Positions 11,196 through 22,456 of a stretch of DNA of 64,000 nucleotides are shown here, piece by piece. Within the stretch, counting starts at the first letter, position 1; each line of letters starts with the position of its first letter. The position numbers were made by a program, and so were the translations under genes. The notes under the pieces were generated by a model. The model saw only the letters and a program-made list of their open reading frames with translations, was not told where the DNA came from and ran no database searches. The DNA comes from Nitrospirota bacterium (GTDB lineage Bacteria > Nitrospirota > UBA9217), in assembly GCA_963705595.1 (NCBI GenBank), contig CAVPKD010000006.1:321781-385780 (forward strand), written 5' to 3'.

Positions 11196-11415
11196 ATGAC
11201 ATTCAATGCCAAAACAGTCGCGTTGCTTGCCCGCACTAACCCAGCGGCAGATTGACTACTGGAATCGAGACCATTTTACCAAGCCATCGGTTGAGAAGGG
11301 GCTGGTCGTTGATAAGATAAGGAAGGAGGGATTATCAATAGAGGAGTTTTTTTTTAAATCTACGTGTTGTAAAATTAAGGCGGCCTTGCGGGCCGCCTTA
11401 ATTATTACGGAATGA
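11196..11415 (+). pseudogene. Small MerR-like HTH protein, one +1 disruption near 11230
   Basis: ATG 11196 (GAGGTG RBS) gives MTFNAKTVALLAR, which continues in frame +1 as LTQRQIDYWNRDHFTKPS...IRKEGLSIEEF (MerR-type wHTH pattern). Confidence 0.45.
11373..11403. terminator. Bidirectional hairpin between convergent genes
   Basis: Perfect 13-bp stem AATTAAGGCGGCC / GGCCGCCTTAATT with a 5-nt loop, A/T-rich on both flanks. Confidence 0.7.
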
Positions 11416-12326
11416 CTTTGTTCAGGGGATACTCAACGATCCCCGATGCGCCGCTGCGCTTGAGCCGCGGGATGAGGTTGCGGGCCTGTTTTTCGTCCAG
11501 GATCACTTCCAGGCTTACCCACTCGGGGTCGGTCTGATGCGAGATCGTGGGCGCATGCATGGAGGGGAGGAGGCCGCAGATCTCCTTGAGGTTCGCCTTG
11601 GGCGCGTTCATCTTGAGGCCGACCTTTTCCTCGGCCGCGAGCGCGCCCTGGAGCAGCATGGCCATGTTCTCGATCTTCTTCCGTTTCCAGGGATCTTTCC
11701 AGGCCTTCTTGTTCGCGATGAGCCGGTGGTGGACTCAAGCATCACCTCGACGATCCTGAGCTTGTTCGCTCTGAGCGAACTGCCGGTCTCGGTGAGTTCC
11801 ACGATGGCGTCGGCAAGCTGCGGCGGCTTCACTTCTGTGGCGCCCCAGGAGAACTCGATCTCGGCGGTGACGCCCTTGGACTTGAGGTAACGTCTTGGTG
11901 TAGCCTACGAGCTCGGTGGCGATGCGCTTGCCTTTCAGGTCCTTGAGCGTCTTGATTGCAGAATCTTCAGGCACGGCCACGACCCAGCGTACGGGGTTCA
12001 GCCCGCCCTTGGCGTAGCGGAGTTCGGCGACCTCGACCACGTCGGCATTCTGCTCGAGGATCCAGTCCTTGCCGGTAAGACCCACATCGAAGATGCCGTT
12101 GTCGACGTAGCGCGCCATCTCCTGGGCGCGGACGAGGATGCACTCGATGTCCGGGTCGTCGATGGTCGGGTAGTAGCTTCGCGAGCCGACCTGGACGCGG
12201 TATCCGGCCTTGCCGAAGAGCTTGAAGGTCGACTCCTGCAGGCTCCCCTTGGGCAGGCCGAGCTTGAGCTTGGGGACCGCCGGAGCGGCGGACCTTTGAT
12301 GCGGTCTTTTTCGATTTCGTTGGCAT
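11405..12326 (-). pseudogene. hisG: ATP phosphoribosyltransferase, long form; two +1 and one -1 disruptions
   Basis: MPTKSKK... -> [23 protein letters not shown]...DVGLTGKDW -> [30 protein letters not shown] -> C-terminal regulatory domain MAMLLQGAL...[12 protein letters not shown]. Confidence 0.85.
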
Positions 12327-12336
12327 AGTGTCTCCT

Positions 12337-12419
12337 CTAAACGAGTCTGACAGGATGACAACAACATCTGATTTTATCTTATCCCGCCAATCCTGTAAAT
12401 ATTGTCTAAGTCGTTTCGG
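12337..12419 (-). repeat. Intercistronic imperfect inverted repeat (hisD-hisG spacer)
   Basis: 12337-12362 CTAAACGAGTCTGACAGGATGACAAC versus the reverse complement of 12392-12419, CCGAAACGACTTAGACAATATTTACAGG. Confidence 0.5.
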
Positions 12420-13714
12420 TTATCTTTTCGCCATCCTCACCCTGATCGTGTTCCCGTGCGCTTCAAGCCCTTCCACGTCCGCGATCTGCATCACGGCTTC
12501 AGCCACCTTGTCCAGGCCCTCTTCGTGTGTAGAAGATGAGGCTGGACTTCTTCATGAAACTGTCCGTGGACAGGGGCGAGAAGAACCGCGCCGTGCCGCC
12601 GGTCGGCAGTACATGGTTCGGTCCGGCAATATAGTCTCCCACGGACTCGGGCGTGTAGTGGCCGAGGAAGATGGCGCCGGCGTTCTTGATCATGCGCCAG
12701 CAAGCTCGAAGGGCTTCTCCACGGCAAGTTCCAGGTGCTCCGGCGCGATGGAGTTCGAGACGTCTGCTGCCTCCTGCAGCGTCTTGACAAGCACGATGGC
12801 GCCGAACCGATCGATGGCCTTGCGCGCGATCTCTTTCCTGCGCGAGGTTCGCGAGCTGTCGCTCGATCTCGGCATCCACTTTTTCCGCGAGCTCCCGCGA
12901 CGTGGTGACGAGTATGGACGACGCCAGCTCGTCATGCTCGGCCTGCGAGAGCAGGTCTGATGCAACAAACGCCGGATTCGCCGAATGGTCGGCGATGATC
13001 AGTATCTCGCTCGGTCCGGCGATCATGTCGATGTCCACCTGACCGAAAACGTACCGTTTGGCCGTGGCCACGTAAATGTTGCCCGGGCCCACGATCTTGT
13101 CGACCTTGGGGATCGTCGCAGTGCCGTAGGCCATGGCTGCGATCGCCTGCGCGCCGCCGATCTTGTAGATCTCGCTCACGCCGGCGATGTCCGCGGCAAC
13201 GAGGATGTAGGGGTTCAGATTCCCGCCCGGGACGGGGAGCACATGACGAGCTGCTCCACGCCGGCCACCGTGGCCGGGATCACGTTCATGAGCACCGACG
13301 ACGGGTAGCACGCCTTGCCGCCGGGAACGTAGACGCCGACGCTCCGGATCGGCCGCGCGAGCTGGCCGAGGATGACGCCGTCGGCCTCCTGGCTGACCCA
13401 GGAGCTGATCTTCTGTTTCTCGTGGAAGGCGCGGATGTTCTGCGCCGCAAGCTTGAGCGCGTCCACCTTCTTGCGTCCACCTTGGTATAGGCTTCCTTGA
13501 TCTCCTCCGGCGAAACCCTGATGTCCTTGAGCGTGAGCATCACCCGGTCGAACTTCTCGGTGTATTCGAGCACGGCCGGGTCGCCCTGCTTGCGCACGCG
13601 CTCGACGACTTCTTTGACCGCAGTGGCGACTTCCTCGGTCGCGGTTTCGCCGCGGTTGATGATGCGCTTGAGCTCGGTGACGATGTCTTTTTGCTGTGAG
13701 TCGATGATCTTCAT
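12420..13714 (-). pseudogene. hisD: Histidinol dehydrogenase; about five frame disruptions (three -1, two +1)
   Basis: MKIIDSQQKDIVTELKRII... / VDALKLAAQNIRAFHEKQ...VGVYVPGGKA / NPYILVAADIAGV...GGAQAIAAMAYGT...GPGNIYV...IAGPSEILIIAD...QAEHD / ...HLEL / GDYIAGPNHVLPTGGTARF are spread over three frames. Confidence 0.9.
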
Positions 13715-13738
13715 AAATATTCCTTAATAATAAAATGT

Positions 13739-13826
13739 TAACCACGGAGTCCCTGAGGCTCGGGGAAAAATCTTGAATCTATTTCTTGATTTGAGCCTCT
13801 ACTGAGACTCCGGTCATCTGTGGTTT
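13739..13826 (-). repeat. Intercistronic three-segment hairpin (murA-hisD spacer)
   Basis: Watson-Crick segments 13740-13745/13820-13825, 13746-13751/13806-13811 and 13755-13761/13793-13799 (6+6+7 bp), separated by bulges. Confidence 0.65.
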
Positions 13827-13836
13827 GCATGGAATA

Positions 13837-15090
<1,254 letters not shown>

Positions 15091-15417
15091 AACGGTTTAG
15101 GCTGTTTACAGTGTTTCGATTTCAGCCACTAAACTCTAAGTTCGAAATACTAAGCAAATACGAATATTGTTATATCGAAACTAGTTTAAACATATCTGAC
15201 TTTGATGATTTCGATATTATGTTGTTACCAAAGAATCAAATTCTTCTCAAATTGGCACGAAAATTTTACCGCAAAGACGATAGAAACGCGGAAAAAACCT
15301 CAGGCTTACTTGTTTATAGCATTAAAAAACCTTCGCGCCTTGGCCGTTCTAAGGTCTGTTTTGGTTCCGGCCTGTCAGGGCTAGAATTGAGAGTTTAGAA
15401 ATCCTGATTTGCTCGAT

Positions 15418-16332
15418 TCATTTTTTTCTTGCCACAATCACACGCTCGATTCCCGTGAGGTCTTTCATTATCTCCGGCAGCTCATATCGGCCGGCGTCAT
15501 TCACCATCCTCATGAGTGCGCCTGACTGTCCCTGTCCCATCTCCATGATGAGCGCTCCATGTTTTTTCAGAAACTCCGGCGCCGTGCCGATTATCCGCTG
15601 CTGAATTTCTGTCCCTTTCGGGCCCGCGATGAGCGCCAACTCGGGTTCAAAGTCCCTTACCTCGGGTTGAAGCCCAGGAAGGTCTTCGGAGCGCACATAG
15701 GGCGGATTCGAAACGATAATGTCAACCATCCCGTGAAGATCGAGTTCAGCGAGCGGTTCGAATAGGTCACCTTCGAGGAACCGAATGCGGTCCGACACGT
15801 CATGCTTACGCGCGTTCTCTCTGGCAATGGCCAGTGCTCGATCGGACTTATCCGTTGCAAAGATGCACGCGGCGTCGGCCTCCTTTGCCAGGCTCACCGC
15901 GATACATCCCGAGCCGACACAGAGATCGACGATCGTAACCTGCCCGCCCCCCGTCTGAATGATCTTGAGCGCCGCTTCTACAACCAGTTCCGTTTCCGGC
16001 CTCGGGATCAACACGTCTGGCGTGACGCTGAAATCAAGACCCCAGAATTCCTGCTCGCCGGTGATGTACTGGAGCGGCTCCCGCTGTGCCCTGCGGTTGA
16101 CCGCGTCTTCAAAGAGCGTCCGCTGTGCCTCGTCAAGAGATTCGTCGCGATGGATAATGAGCCAGGCGCGGTCTCTCATGAAAGTGCGAGAAAGAAGTAT
16201 TTCAGCGTCGAGCCTGGCATTGCTTATCCCGTGCACTGATAATCTTTGTGCTGCTTGGTATATCGCTTCAGCGAGAGTCACCGTGATAAATTGCGAATTG
16301 CGGAATGCGGATTTCGGAATTTGGTTTTCCAT
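15418..16332 (-). CDS. prmC: Release-factor glutamine N5-methyltransferase (intact)
   Basis: 304-aa ORF; EPLQYITGEQEFWG, DLCVGSGCI (SAM site), VSNPPYV motif; immediately downstream of prfA. Confidence 0.9.
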   Translation of the reverse strand: MENQIPKSAFRNSQFITVTLAEAIYQAAQRLSVHGISNARLDAEILLSRTFMRDRAWLIIHRDESLDEAQRTLFEDAVNRRAQREPLQYITGEQEFWGLDFSVTPDVLIPRPETELVVEAALKIIQTGGGQVTIVDLCVGSGCIAVSLAKEADAACIFATDKSDRALAIARENARKHDVSDRIRFLEGDLFEPLAELDLHGMVDIIVSNPPYVRSEDLPGLQPEVRDFEPELALIAGPKGTEIQQRIIGTAPEFLKKHGALIMEMGQGQSGALMRMVNDAGRYELPEIMKDLTGIERVIVARKK

Positions 16333-16364
16333 CTACAGGCCGCAATCCGAATTCTGCAATGGCC

Positions 16365-17433
16365 TTACAGGTTCTTCAATCGTTCGGCGTTTACCGCTGA
16401 GGTCAGGGCGTCGATGAACTCGTCGAGGTCGCCGTCCAGTACAGACGTCGAGCCGGTAGAGCGAAAGCCCGATGCGGTGGTCGGTCACCCTGCTCTGCGG
16501 GAAGTTATAGGTCCTGATCTTCTCGCTGCGCTCGCCGGTCCCTACCTGCGCTTTGCGGTCCTGGGCGGTCTCGGCTTCCTGCTTCTCACGCTCCTTTTCA
16601 AGCAGGCGGGACTTGAGGATCTTCATGGCCTTTTCGCGGTTCTTGAGCTGTGAGCGTTCGTCCTGGCACGCGACCACTTCGCCGGTGGGGATGTGGGTGA
16701 TCCTGACTGCCGAGTAGGTCGTGTTCACACTCTGTCCGCCGGGCCCGGAAGAACAGTAGGTGTCGATGCGCAGGTCCTTCTGTTCGATCTGCACGTCCAC
16801 ATCGTCGGCCTCGGGCAGCACAGCCACGGTCACCGTGGACGTATGGATCCTGCCGCTCGCCTCGGTTGCCGGGACGCGCTGTACGCGGTGCACGCCGCTC
16901 TCATATTTGAGCCTGCTGTAGACGCCCTTGCCCTGGATCTGGGCGATGACTTCCTTCGCGCCGCCGACACCCGTGGTGCTCATGTCGAGCAGGGTGACTT
17001 TCCAGCGTTTCTTCTCGGCATAGCGCGAGTACATGCGGAAGAGCTCGGCGGCAAAGAGGCCTGCCTCGTCGCCGCCCGCGCCTGCACGGATCTCGAGGAA
17101 GATATTCTTTTCGTCCCGGGGTCCTTGGGCACGAGCATGAGCCGGAGTTCCTGTTCCATCTGCTCGCTCCTCGGCGCGAAGCTCCTTGAGCTCGGCTTCG
17201 GCCATTGCGCGCAGCTCGGGGTCCGACTTTTTGTCCTCGGTGATCTCCTCGGTCTCTCGTGATCTGCTTCAAGAGGTCCTGATACGCGCGGTAGTGGTTC
17301 ACCACGTCCTCGATGTCCGACCGCTCCTTCGAGTACTTCTGGTACTGCTGGTGGTCGGCTGCAACCGCCGGATCGGACAGGAGCCTGGTCAGCTCATCAT
17401 ATTTTTCTGCAACTGCTTCTAATTTTTTAACAT
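16365..17433 (-). pseudogene. prfA: Peptide chain release factor 1; about five frame disruptions (including A7->A6 in codons 3-4)
   Basis: ATGTTAAAAAATTAG must read MLKKLEAVAEKYDEL...; later [40 protein letters not shown] (GGQ) and RVTDHRIGL; C-terminus [11 protein letters not shown]...RLKNL* is in another frame. Confidence 0.9.
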
Positions 17434-17443
17434 AGGGAAAAAT

Positions 17444-17585
17444 CTACCACAGAGGCACGGAGACAACCATGAGTGAGGCTGAACTAACGGGATTAAAAAA
17501 AAGGATTGAAATCCGATCTTATCCTGTTCATCCTGTAAAGAACGAACTTTATAATTTCTCTGTACCTCAGTGCCTCCGCGGTTAG
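17444..17585 (-). repeat. Intercistronic imperfect inverted repeat (DUF1385-prfA spacer), sense-strand specific
   Basis: 17447-17465 pairs with 17581-17563; on the minus-strand RNA 18 of 19 positions pair, 4 of them G-U, versus 5 mismatches on the plus strand. Confidence 0.7.
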
Positions 17586-17602
17586 CGTGATTGTTTTGTC
17601 CA

Positions 17603-17630
17603 ACAAAAAAACCCCGCTTCAGCGGGGTTC
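17603..17630 (-). terminator. Hairpin plus U-tract overlapping the DUF1385 stop codon
   Basis: Minus strand reads GAACCCCGC TGAA GCGGGGTTTTTTTTG; the stop TGA sits in the loop. Confidence 0.55.
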
Positions 17631-18529
17631 CATCGCAAGGGCTTCGTTCAGCGCCCTGATGGCGACCTCTATTTGGTCATCCGACGGTTCTCGCGTCGTG
17701 AGGCGCTGAAGCCAGAGTCCCGGCAGCATCAGAGCCTCGATAAGGGGATGTCCCGCGCTTCTTCGCGCTGTACTTGATGAATTCGTACCCCAGCCCGGCG
17801 ATCACCGGCAGCAGTACGATCCGCGAAAGGCCTTTTGCCCAGAGGGGCCAGCTGCCCGGGATGAGCGAGAACAGGATGATGGAAAGCGCTATCACCGCGA
17901 GCAGGAAGCTCGTGCCGCAGCGCGGGTGGATGCAGGAGTAGGGTCTCGCGTTCTGGACCGTAAGCTCGACTCCGGCCTCGTAGGCTGCGATGGCCTTGTG
18001 CTCGGCCCCGTGGTACTCGAAGACCCGGCGGATGTCCTTCATGAACGAGATGCCGGATACATATCCCAGGAACAGCGCAACCCGGAGGGCACCGTCCGTG
18101 AGATTGAAGAGGATGCTGTTCCTGCTGACGGTATCGTATTTTGCGCCGAGCAGGTTGGTGAGCAGGAGAGGGAGCGCCAGGAAGAGTCCCGAGAGCGAAG
18201 GCGAGCGCCACGAATCATGGTCCCCGCCATGGCGAGAGGGCTGATCTCTTCTTTCTTTCCGTCGTCGCTCTTCGAGCGCTTCGTTCGCCGAGAAATTGAG
18301 CGCCCGTATTCCGAGCCACATCGCTTCGAAGAGCGCTGCCGAGCCGCGGATGATTTTTTTCTTCAGCAGGGGAAACCGTTCTCCGAGCGGCGTGAGCAGT
18401 TGCGTGAGTACTGCGATCTCTGCGCCGGGTTTGCCGCCTTTGCGCACGGCTACGGTGAAAGACGTGCGGTGAGCGCATCATCACGCCTTCGAGCACTGCC
18501 TGGCCACCTATGGTTAATTTTTCTGACAA
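17619..18529 (-). pseudogene. DUF1385 (YqhQ-like) membrane protein; about five +1 disruptions
   Basis: MSEKLTIGGQAVLEGVMMRSP..., IIRGSAALFEAMWLGIRALNFSA..., FEYHGAEHKAI..., IHPRCGTSF...; conserved position between rpmE and prfA. Confidence 0.75.
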
Positions 18530-18586
18530 GACAGGAACCTCGCTTCAGGCTTGTTTCAAGACCACCATACAATTTGCGCCGGCGGA

Positions 18587-18787
18587 TTACGCCTTCTTGT
18601 ACTTTTTCCTAAACTTGTCCACGCGGCCTTCGGTGTCGATGAGTTTCTGCTTGCCGGTGAAGAAGGGGTGGCAGTTCGAGCAAATGTCGAGCTTCACGTC
18701 CTGCTTGGTGGAGCGGGTCTGGAACGATTCACCGCAGGCACAGTGAACGGTCGTAACCTTGTAGTCGGGATGAATTCCTTGCTTCAT
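18587..18787 (-). CDS. rpmE: 50S ribosomal protein L31
   Basis: [27 protein letters not shown]...[13 protein letters not shown]; AGGAGG RBS at 18795-18800; the ORF-track start at 18820 is probably too far upstream. Confidence 0.9.
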   Translation of the reverse strand: MKQGIHPDYKVTTVHCACGESFQTRSTKQDVKLDICSNCHPFFTGKQKLIDTEGRVDKFRKKYKKA

Positions 18788-18802
18788 AGTGCTATCCTCC
18801 TG

Positions 18803-18838
18803 AAATAAAACCATAGCCACAGCGGTCGGCTGTGGCTA
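18803..18838 (-). terminator. Hairpin plus U-rich tract between rho and rpmE
   Basis: 10-bp stem TAGCCACAGC / GCTGTGGCTA with a 5-nt loop, then GGTTTTATTT on the minus strand; it ends just upstream of the rpmE RBS. Confidence 0.5.
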
Positions 18839-19008
18839 ATTTTGTTGAGACAAAGATATTATACCAAACTATGGAAAATTACAAGAGAAAAATTTTACCC
18901 CTGATGAATGAAACTAGCTGCCGACGCAGGTGACGAACATCATTTCCCTGCGATGTCGGTTGTAGCCGTAACCGATGTTCATGAGTGAGCATTGCTCATC
19001 AGCGAAAT

Positions 19009-20256
19009 CTATTTGTTCATGGAATCCAGGAAATCCCTGTTCGTTTTTGCCTGCTTAAGCTTCTCGAGCAGAAACTCCATGCTCTCCACGGTGGAGAGGG
19101 GGTTCAGGACCTTGCGGAGCACCCACATGCGGTTCAGATCGTCCTTGTCCACAAGCAGCTCTTCCTTGCGGGTGCCGGACGCGTTGATGTCAATGGCCGG
19201 GAACACGCGTTTGTCGACGAGCTTCCGGTCGAGGTGGAGCTCCATGTTGCCCGTGCCCTTGAACTCTTCGAAGATCACGTCGTCCATGCGGCTGCCGGTG
19301 TCGACGAGCGCCGTCGCGAGGATGGTGAGGCTGCCGCCGTCCTCGATGCTCCGGGCGGCGCCAAAGAACCGTTTCGGTCGCTGGAGCGCATTGGCGTCCA
19401 GACCGCCGGAGAGCACCTTGCCCGAGGCCGGGATGATGGCGTTGTGCGCCCGTGCGAGGCGGGTGATGCTGTCGAGCAGGATCACCACGTCCTTCTTGTG
19501 CTCTACGAGGCGCTTGGCCCGCTCGCTCACCATGTCGGCGACCTGCACGTGCCGCTGCGGCGGTTCATCGAAGGTCGAACTGATGATCTCTGCCTTGACC
19601 TGGCGCTGCCAGTCCGTTACTTCTTCGGGACGTTCGTCGATGAGCAGAACGATGAGCTTGATATCCTTATGGTTCTTCAGGATCGCCTTGGCGATGGCCT
19701 GGAGCAGCATGGTCTTTCCGGTCCGCGGCGGGGCAACGATCATGCCGCGCTGGCCCATGCCGATGGGCGTGACGAGGTCCATGGCGCGGGTCGTGTAGTC
19801 GGTCGGTGAATGTTCGAGCTTGATCTTCTTTTCGGGATAGTAGGGCGTGAGGTTGTCGAAGAGGATCTTGGTCCGGGAGATCTCGGGGTCCTCATAGTTG
19901 ATGGCGTCCACCTTGAGGAGCGCGAAGTAGCGCTCGCCTTCCTTCGGAGGCCGTATCTGTCCGGAGACCGTATCGCCGGTGCGGATGTTGAACCGTCTTA
20001 TCTGGGAAGGGGATACGTAGATATCGTCTGGGCCGGGGAGGTAGTTGTAATCTGGGGCTCTCAGAAAGCCGAATCCGTCGGGTAGGATCTCGAGAACGCC
20101 TTCACCGAAGATCATGCCGTTTTTCTCGGTTTGTGCCTGCAGGATGGCGAAGATGAGTTCCTGCTTCCGCATGCCGCTGACACCTTCGACTTTCAACTCG
20201 TCCGCCATTGTGGTAAGCTCGGCGATGCTTTTTCCTTTAAGTTCTACTAAGTTCAT
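19009..20256 (-). CDS. rho: Transcription termination factor Rho (intact)
   Basis: 415 aa; N-terminal [21 protein letters not shown]-binding FGFLR, Walker [10 protein letters not shown] loops; AAGGAG RBS. Confidence 0.95.
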   Translation of the reverse strand: MNLVELKGKSIAELTTMADELKVEGVSGMRKQELIFAILQAQTEKNGMIFGEGVLEILPDGFGFLRAPDYNYLPGPDDIYVSPSQIRRFNIRTGDTVSGQIRPPKEGERYFALLKVDAINYEDPEISRTKILFDNLTPYYPEKKIKLEHSPTDYTTRAMDLVTPIGMGQRGMIVAPPRTGKTMLLQAIAKAILKNHKDIKLIVLLIDERPEEVTDWQRQVKAEIISSTFDEPPQRHVQVADMVSERAKRLVEHKKDVVILLDSITRLARAHNAIIPASGKVLSGGLDANALQRPKRFFGAARSIEDGGSLTILATALVDTGSRMDDVIFEEFKGTGNMELHLDRKLVDKRVFPAIDINASGTRKEELLVDKDDLNRMWVLRKVLNPLSTVESMEFLLEKLKQAKTNRDFLDSMNK

Positions 20257-20560
20257 GATTCTACTCCTTGGCCGTGGTCTGCAAGGGCAGACGTGGTCTG
20301 TACCTGAGAGGTGGGTTGATAGTTATGCCACTCCTGTAGCAGGTGTAATAGTTGCGTAAATAGTGATGATGGTTGTTACCGGGGGAGCGAGTTCCATCAG
20401 ATTGTCAGCTTGTGTGAGTAACGTGAGTAATCAGCAATGGTGCTGTGTGACTGCGGTTTACCTACGGATGAAAATGCCTTTCTGTGCTAAGCGGAATGCT
20501 CTCATTTAACCTGGTTATTATGCTGGGTTAGGTAATAACAGGGGTTTTTGGTTAGGTTTA
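20257..20560 (-). promoter_or_regulatory. Long rho 5' leader that is C-rich and G-poor on the transcript (rut-like)
   Basis: My hand count over 20281-20460 is 61 G versus 27 C on the plus strand, so the minus-strand RNA is about 34% C and 15% G. Confidence 0.4.
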
Positions 20561-20738
20561 CTTGATTTACAAAAAAAATATACCCCAGAAAGGAGGGTTT
20601 GTCAATATTTTATTTAACGTTGTTGCGGAACTACCGCTTTTATTTTTCCCCTTCTCAGGAGGCGAGTACCCGGCACGGGATACCCACCTTGTCTCCGAGT
20701 TGCGACTGGGTGGTCCCGCAGCTTCCCGCGAATTCAGG

Positions 20739-20767
20739 TTGACACCCATTCTCCGCTGTCGTAGTAT
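20739..20767 (+). promoter_or_regulatory. Sigma70-type promoter directly abutting the Rieske start codon
   Basis: TTGACA (20739-44), 17-nt spacer, TAGTAT (20762-67); ATG at 20775 with no SD between them. Confidence 0.4.
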
Positions 20768-20774
20768 CTCCATC

Positions 20775-21227
20775 ATGGTACCAGACCGAAGAGATTTTAT
20801 CATAAAAGCGCTTGTCGGAGTGCTCGTCATCCTCGGGCTTGGTTTCCTGTTACCGGGTCTCAGGATTTTCTCCCCTGCCGGCAACCGCGATAAAGTGCTC
20901 GTCTTTTTCCCCCTCATCCTGGAGGAAGAGGTTCCGAGGTCAGGCGTCAAGAAGAGCGAACTCGTCTATGCTATATCCGGCAAGGAACGCAAGGTGAGGG
21001 TCTTTATCGTATCAACCCCGAACGGGCTGAGCGTATTTTCGGCAACATGCACACACCTAGGATGTCTCGTCAATTACAACAAGGAAAAGCATGAGTTCGT
21101 CTGCCCTTGCCACGGCGGACGATATGATCTGACCGGAAAGAATATTGCGGGACCTCCGCCCGCCCCTCTTACGCGTTTTCCCATCCAGACGCAGAACGGC
21201 ATGATATCTGTCGGGATCAAGGTGTGA
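20775..21227 (+). CDS. Rieske [2Fe-2S] subunit of a cytochrome bc/b6f-type complex
   Basis: Tat-like PDRRDF plus a TM helix; CTHLGC and CPCHGG cluster boxes; ATG 20775 preferred over the track start at 20562. Confidence 0.85.
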   Translation: MVPDRRDFIIKALVGVLVILGLGFLLPGLRIFSPAGNRDKVLVFFPLILEEEVPRSGVKKSELVYAISGKERKVRVFIVSTPNGLSVFSATCTHLGCLVNYNKEKHEFVCPCHGGRYDLTGKNIAGPPPAPLTRFPIQTQNGMISVGIKV

Positions 21228-21233
21228 TTGCAA

Positions 21234-21878
21234 ATGTGGCTCCTCGATTACCTGAACACACGCATGGTATTTACGGGCAGGCACCGCAGGGTGATGGACA
21301 AGCCGGTACCGGGATGGCTCAATTACTTTTACTGTTTCGGCGGCATAACGTTTACCCTGTTCATCGTGCAACTCCTGACCGGTCTTCTTCTGTCCATCCA
21401 TTATACGCCGTCCGAGGCTGAGGCATACAAGAGCATCCAGCGCCTGCACCTAATCGTTCCGCTCGGCCACCTTCTCCGTTCGGTACACCACTGGGCAGCG
21501 AACCTCATGGTCGTGATGGTGACGCTCCACATGCTCAGGGTATTCATTACCGGGTCTTACAAGAACCCGAGAGAATTGAATTGGATCGCGGGCGCCGTGC
21601 TGCTCCTGATGACATTAGGGTTCGGTTTTACCGGCTACCTTCTGCCCTGGGACCAGAAGGCATACTGGGCAACGGTGATTGGAACGAATATGCTCGGTTC
21701 GGTGCCGTTCATCGGGCCCATCCTCGCTACGTTCGTCCGCGGTGGTGCTGAGGTGACCGGCCAGACGCTTCTCCGGTTTTACAGCATGCATATTCTCTGG
21801 TTCCCGGTCATCACTGCCTTTTTTCTCTGGATTCATTTCCACATCCTGCGAAGACTGGGGATTTCGGGGGGGATGTAA
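21234..21878 (+). CDS. Cytochrome b, N-terminal (b6-like) subunit
   Basis: FGGITFTLFIVQLLTG, RSVHHWAANLMVV, LPWDQKAYWAT, RFYSMHILWFP; ORF open from TTG 21228. Confidence 0.85.
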   Translation: MWLLDYLNTRMVFTGRHRRVMDKPVPGWLNYFYCFGGITFTLFIVQLLTGLLLSIHYTPSEAEAYKSIQRLHLIVPLGHLLRSVHHWAANLMVVMVTLHMLRVFITGSYKNPRELNWIAGAVLLLMTLGFGFTGYLLPWDQKAYWATVIGTNMLGSVPFIGPILATFVRGGAEVTGQTLLRFYSMHILWFPVITAFFLWIHFHILRRLGISGGM

Positions 21879-21941
21879 CGAGTGCCAAATGGAGAATGCG
21901 GAGCACTGAATAAGGAGAGAGAGAGACATCTATCGTTCTAG

Positions 21942-22370
21942 TTGAACGTATCGAATGATGATTCCCCTCCTAATGTCGGAGTAACGGTGAACCAAAGCGG
22001 CGAAAAAAAGTTCTATCCATATTATCTATTCGAGATCACGCTCATAACCCTCTTCACGGTGGAGACGGTTCTGCTGCTCGCTATTCTGTTTCCCTCTGCT
22101 ATCGGACGGGAAATAGATTTTTCCGCGCAGTACAGCCCGAGGCCCGAATGGTACTTCCTCTTCTTATATCAGCTTACCAAATACTTCCCCGGCCGGTGGA
22201 CATTCGTCGGAGCCGTTCTTCTGCCGGGACTTGCGTTCAGCGTTATTCTCCTGGCACCTTTCTTGGACAGCGGATCGGCTGTCTCGCTCCGGCGGAGGAA
22301 AGCTGCTGCGCTTTTCGGATTTGGTCTACTGGCAGCAGTAGTGGGTTTGACGATTGCATCCCTGATATGA
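21942..22370 (+). CDS. Cytochrome b C-terminal domain / subunit IV-like
   Basis: PRPEWYFLFLYQLTKYFPG motif plus 3 TM helices; start uncertain (TTG 21942, or GTG 21987 preceded by GGAG). Confidence 0.7.
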   Translation: MNVSNDDSPPNVGVTVNQSGEKKFYPYYLFEITLITLFTVETVLLLAILFPSAIGREIDFSAQYSPRPEWYFLFLYQLTKYFPGRWTFVGAVLLPGLAFSVILLAPFLDSGSAVSLRRRKAAALFGFGLLAAVVGLTIASLI

Positions 22371-22456
22371 GTAAAATTAATACGTATGTCGAATCGCATG
22401 AATCGGTTCCGAGGGTAATGGCTTCTCCCGATGGCCCGGAACCGACACGGTGATCT

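Noticed and set aside
16365-17433. Programmed frameshift in a release-factor gene
   Set aside because: Programmed +1 frameshifting is known for prfB (RF2) at a CUU UGA site with an internal SD. This gene is prfA, has about five separate shifts of both signs, and has no such motif.
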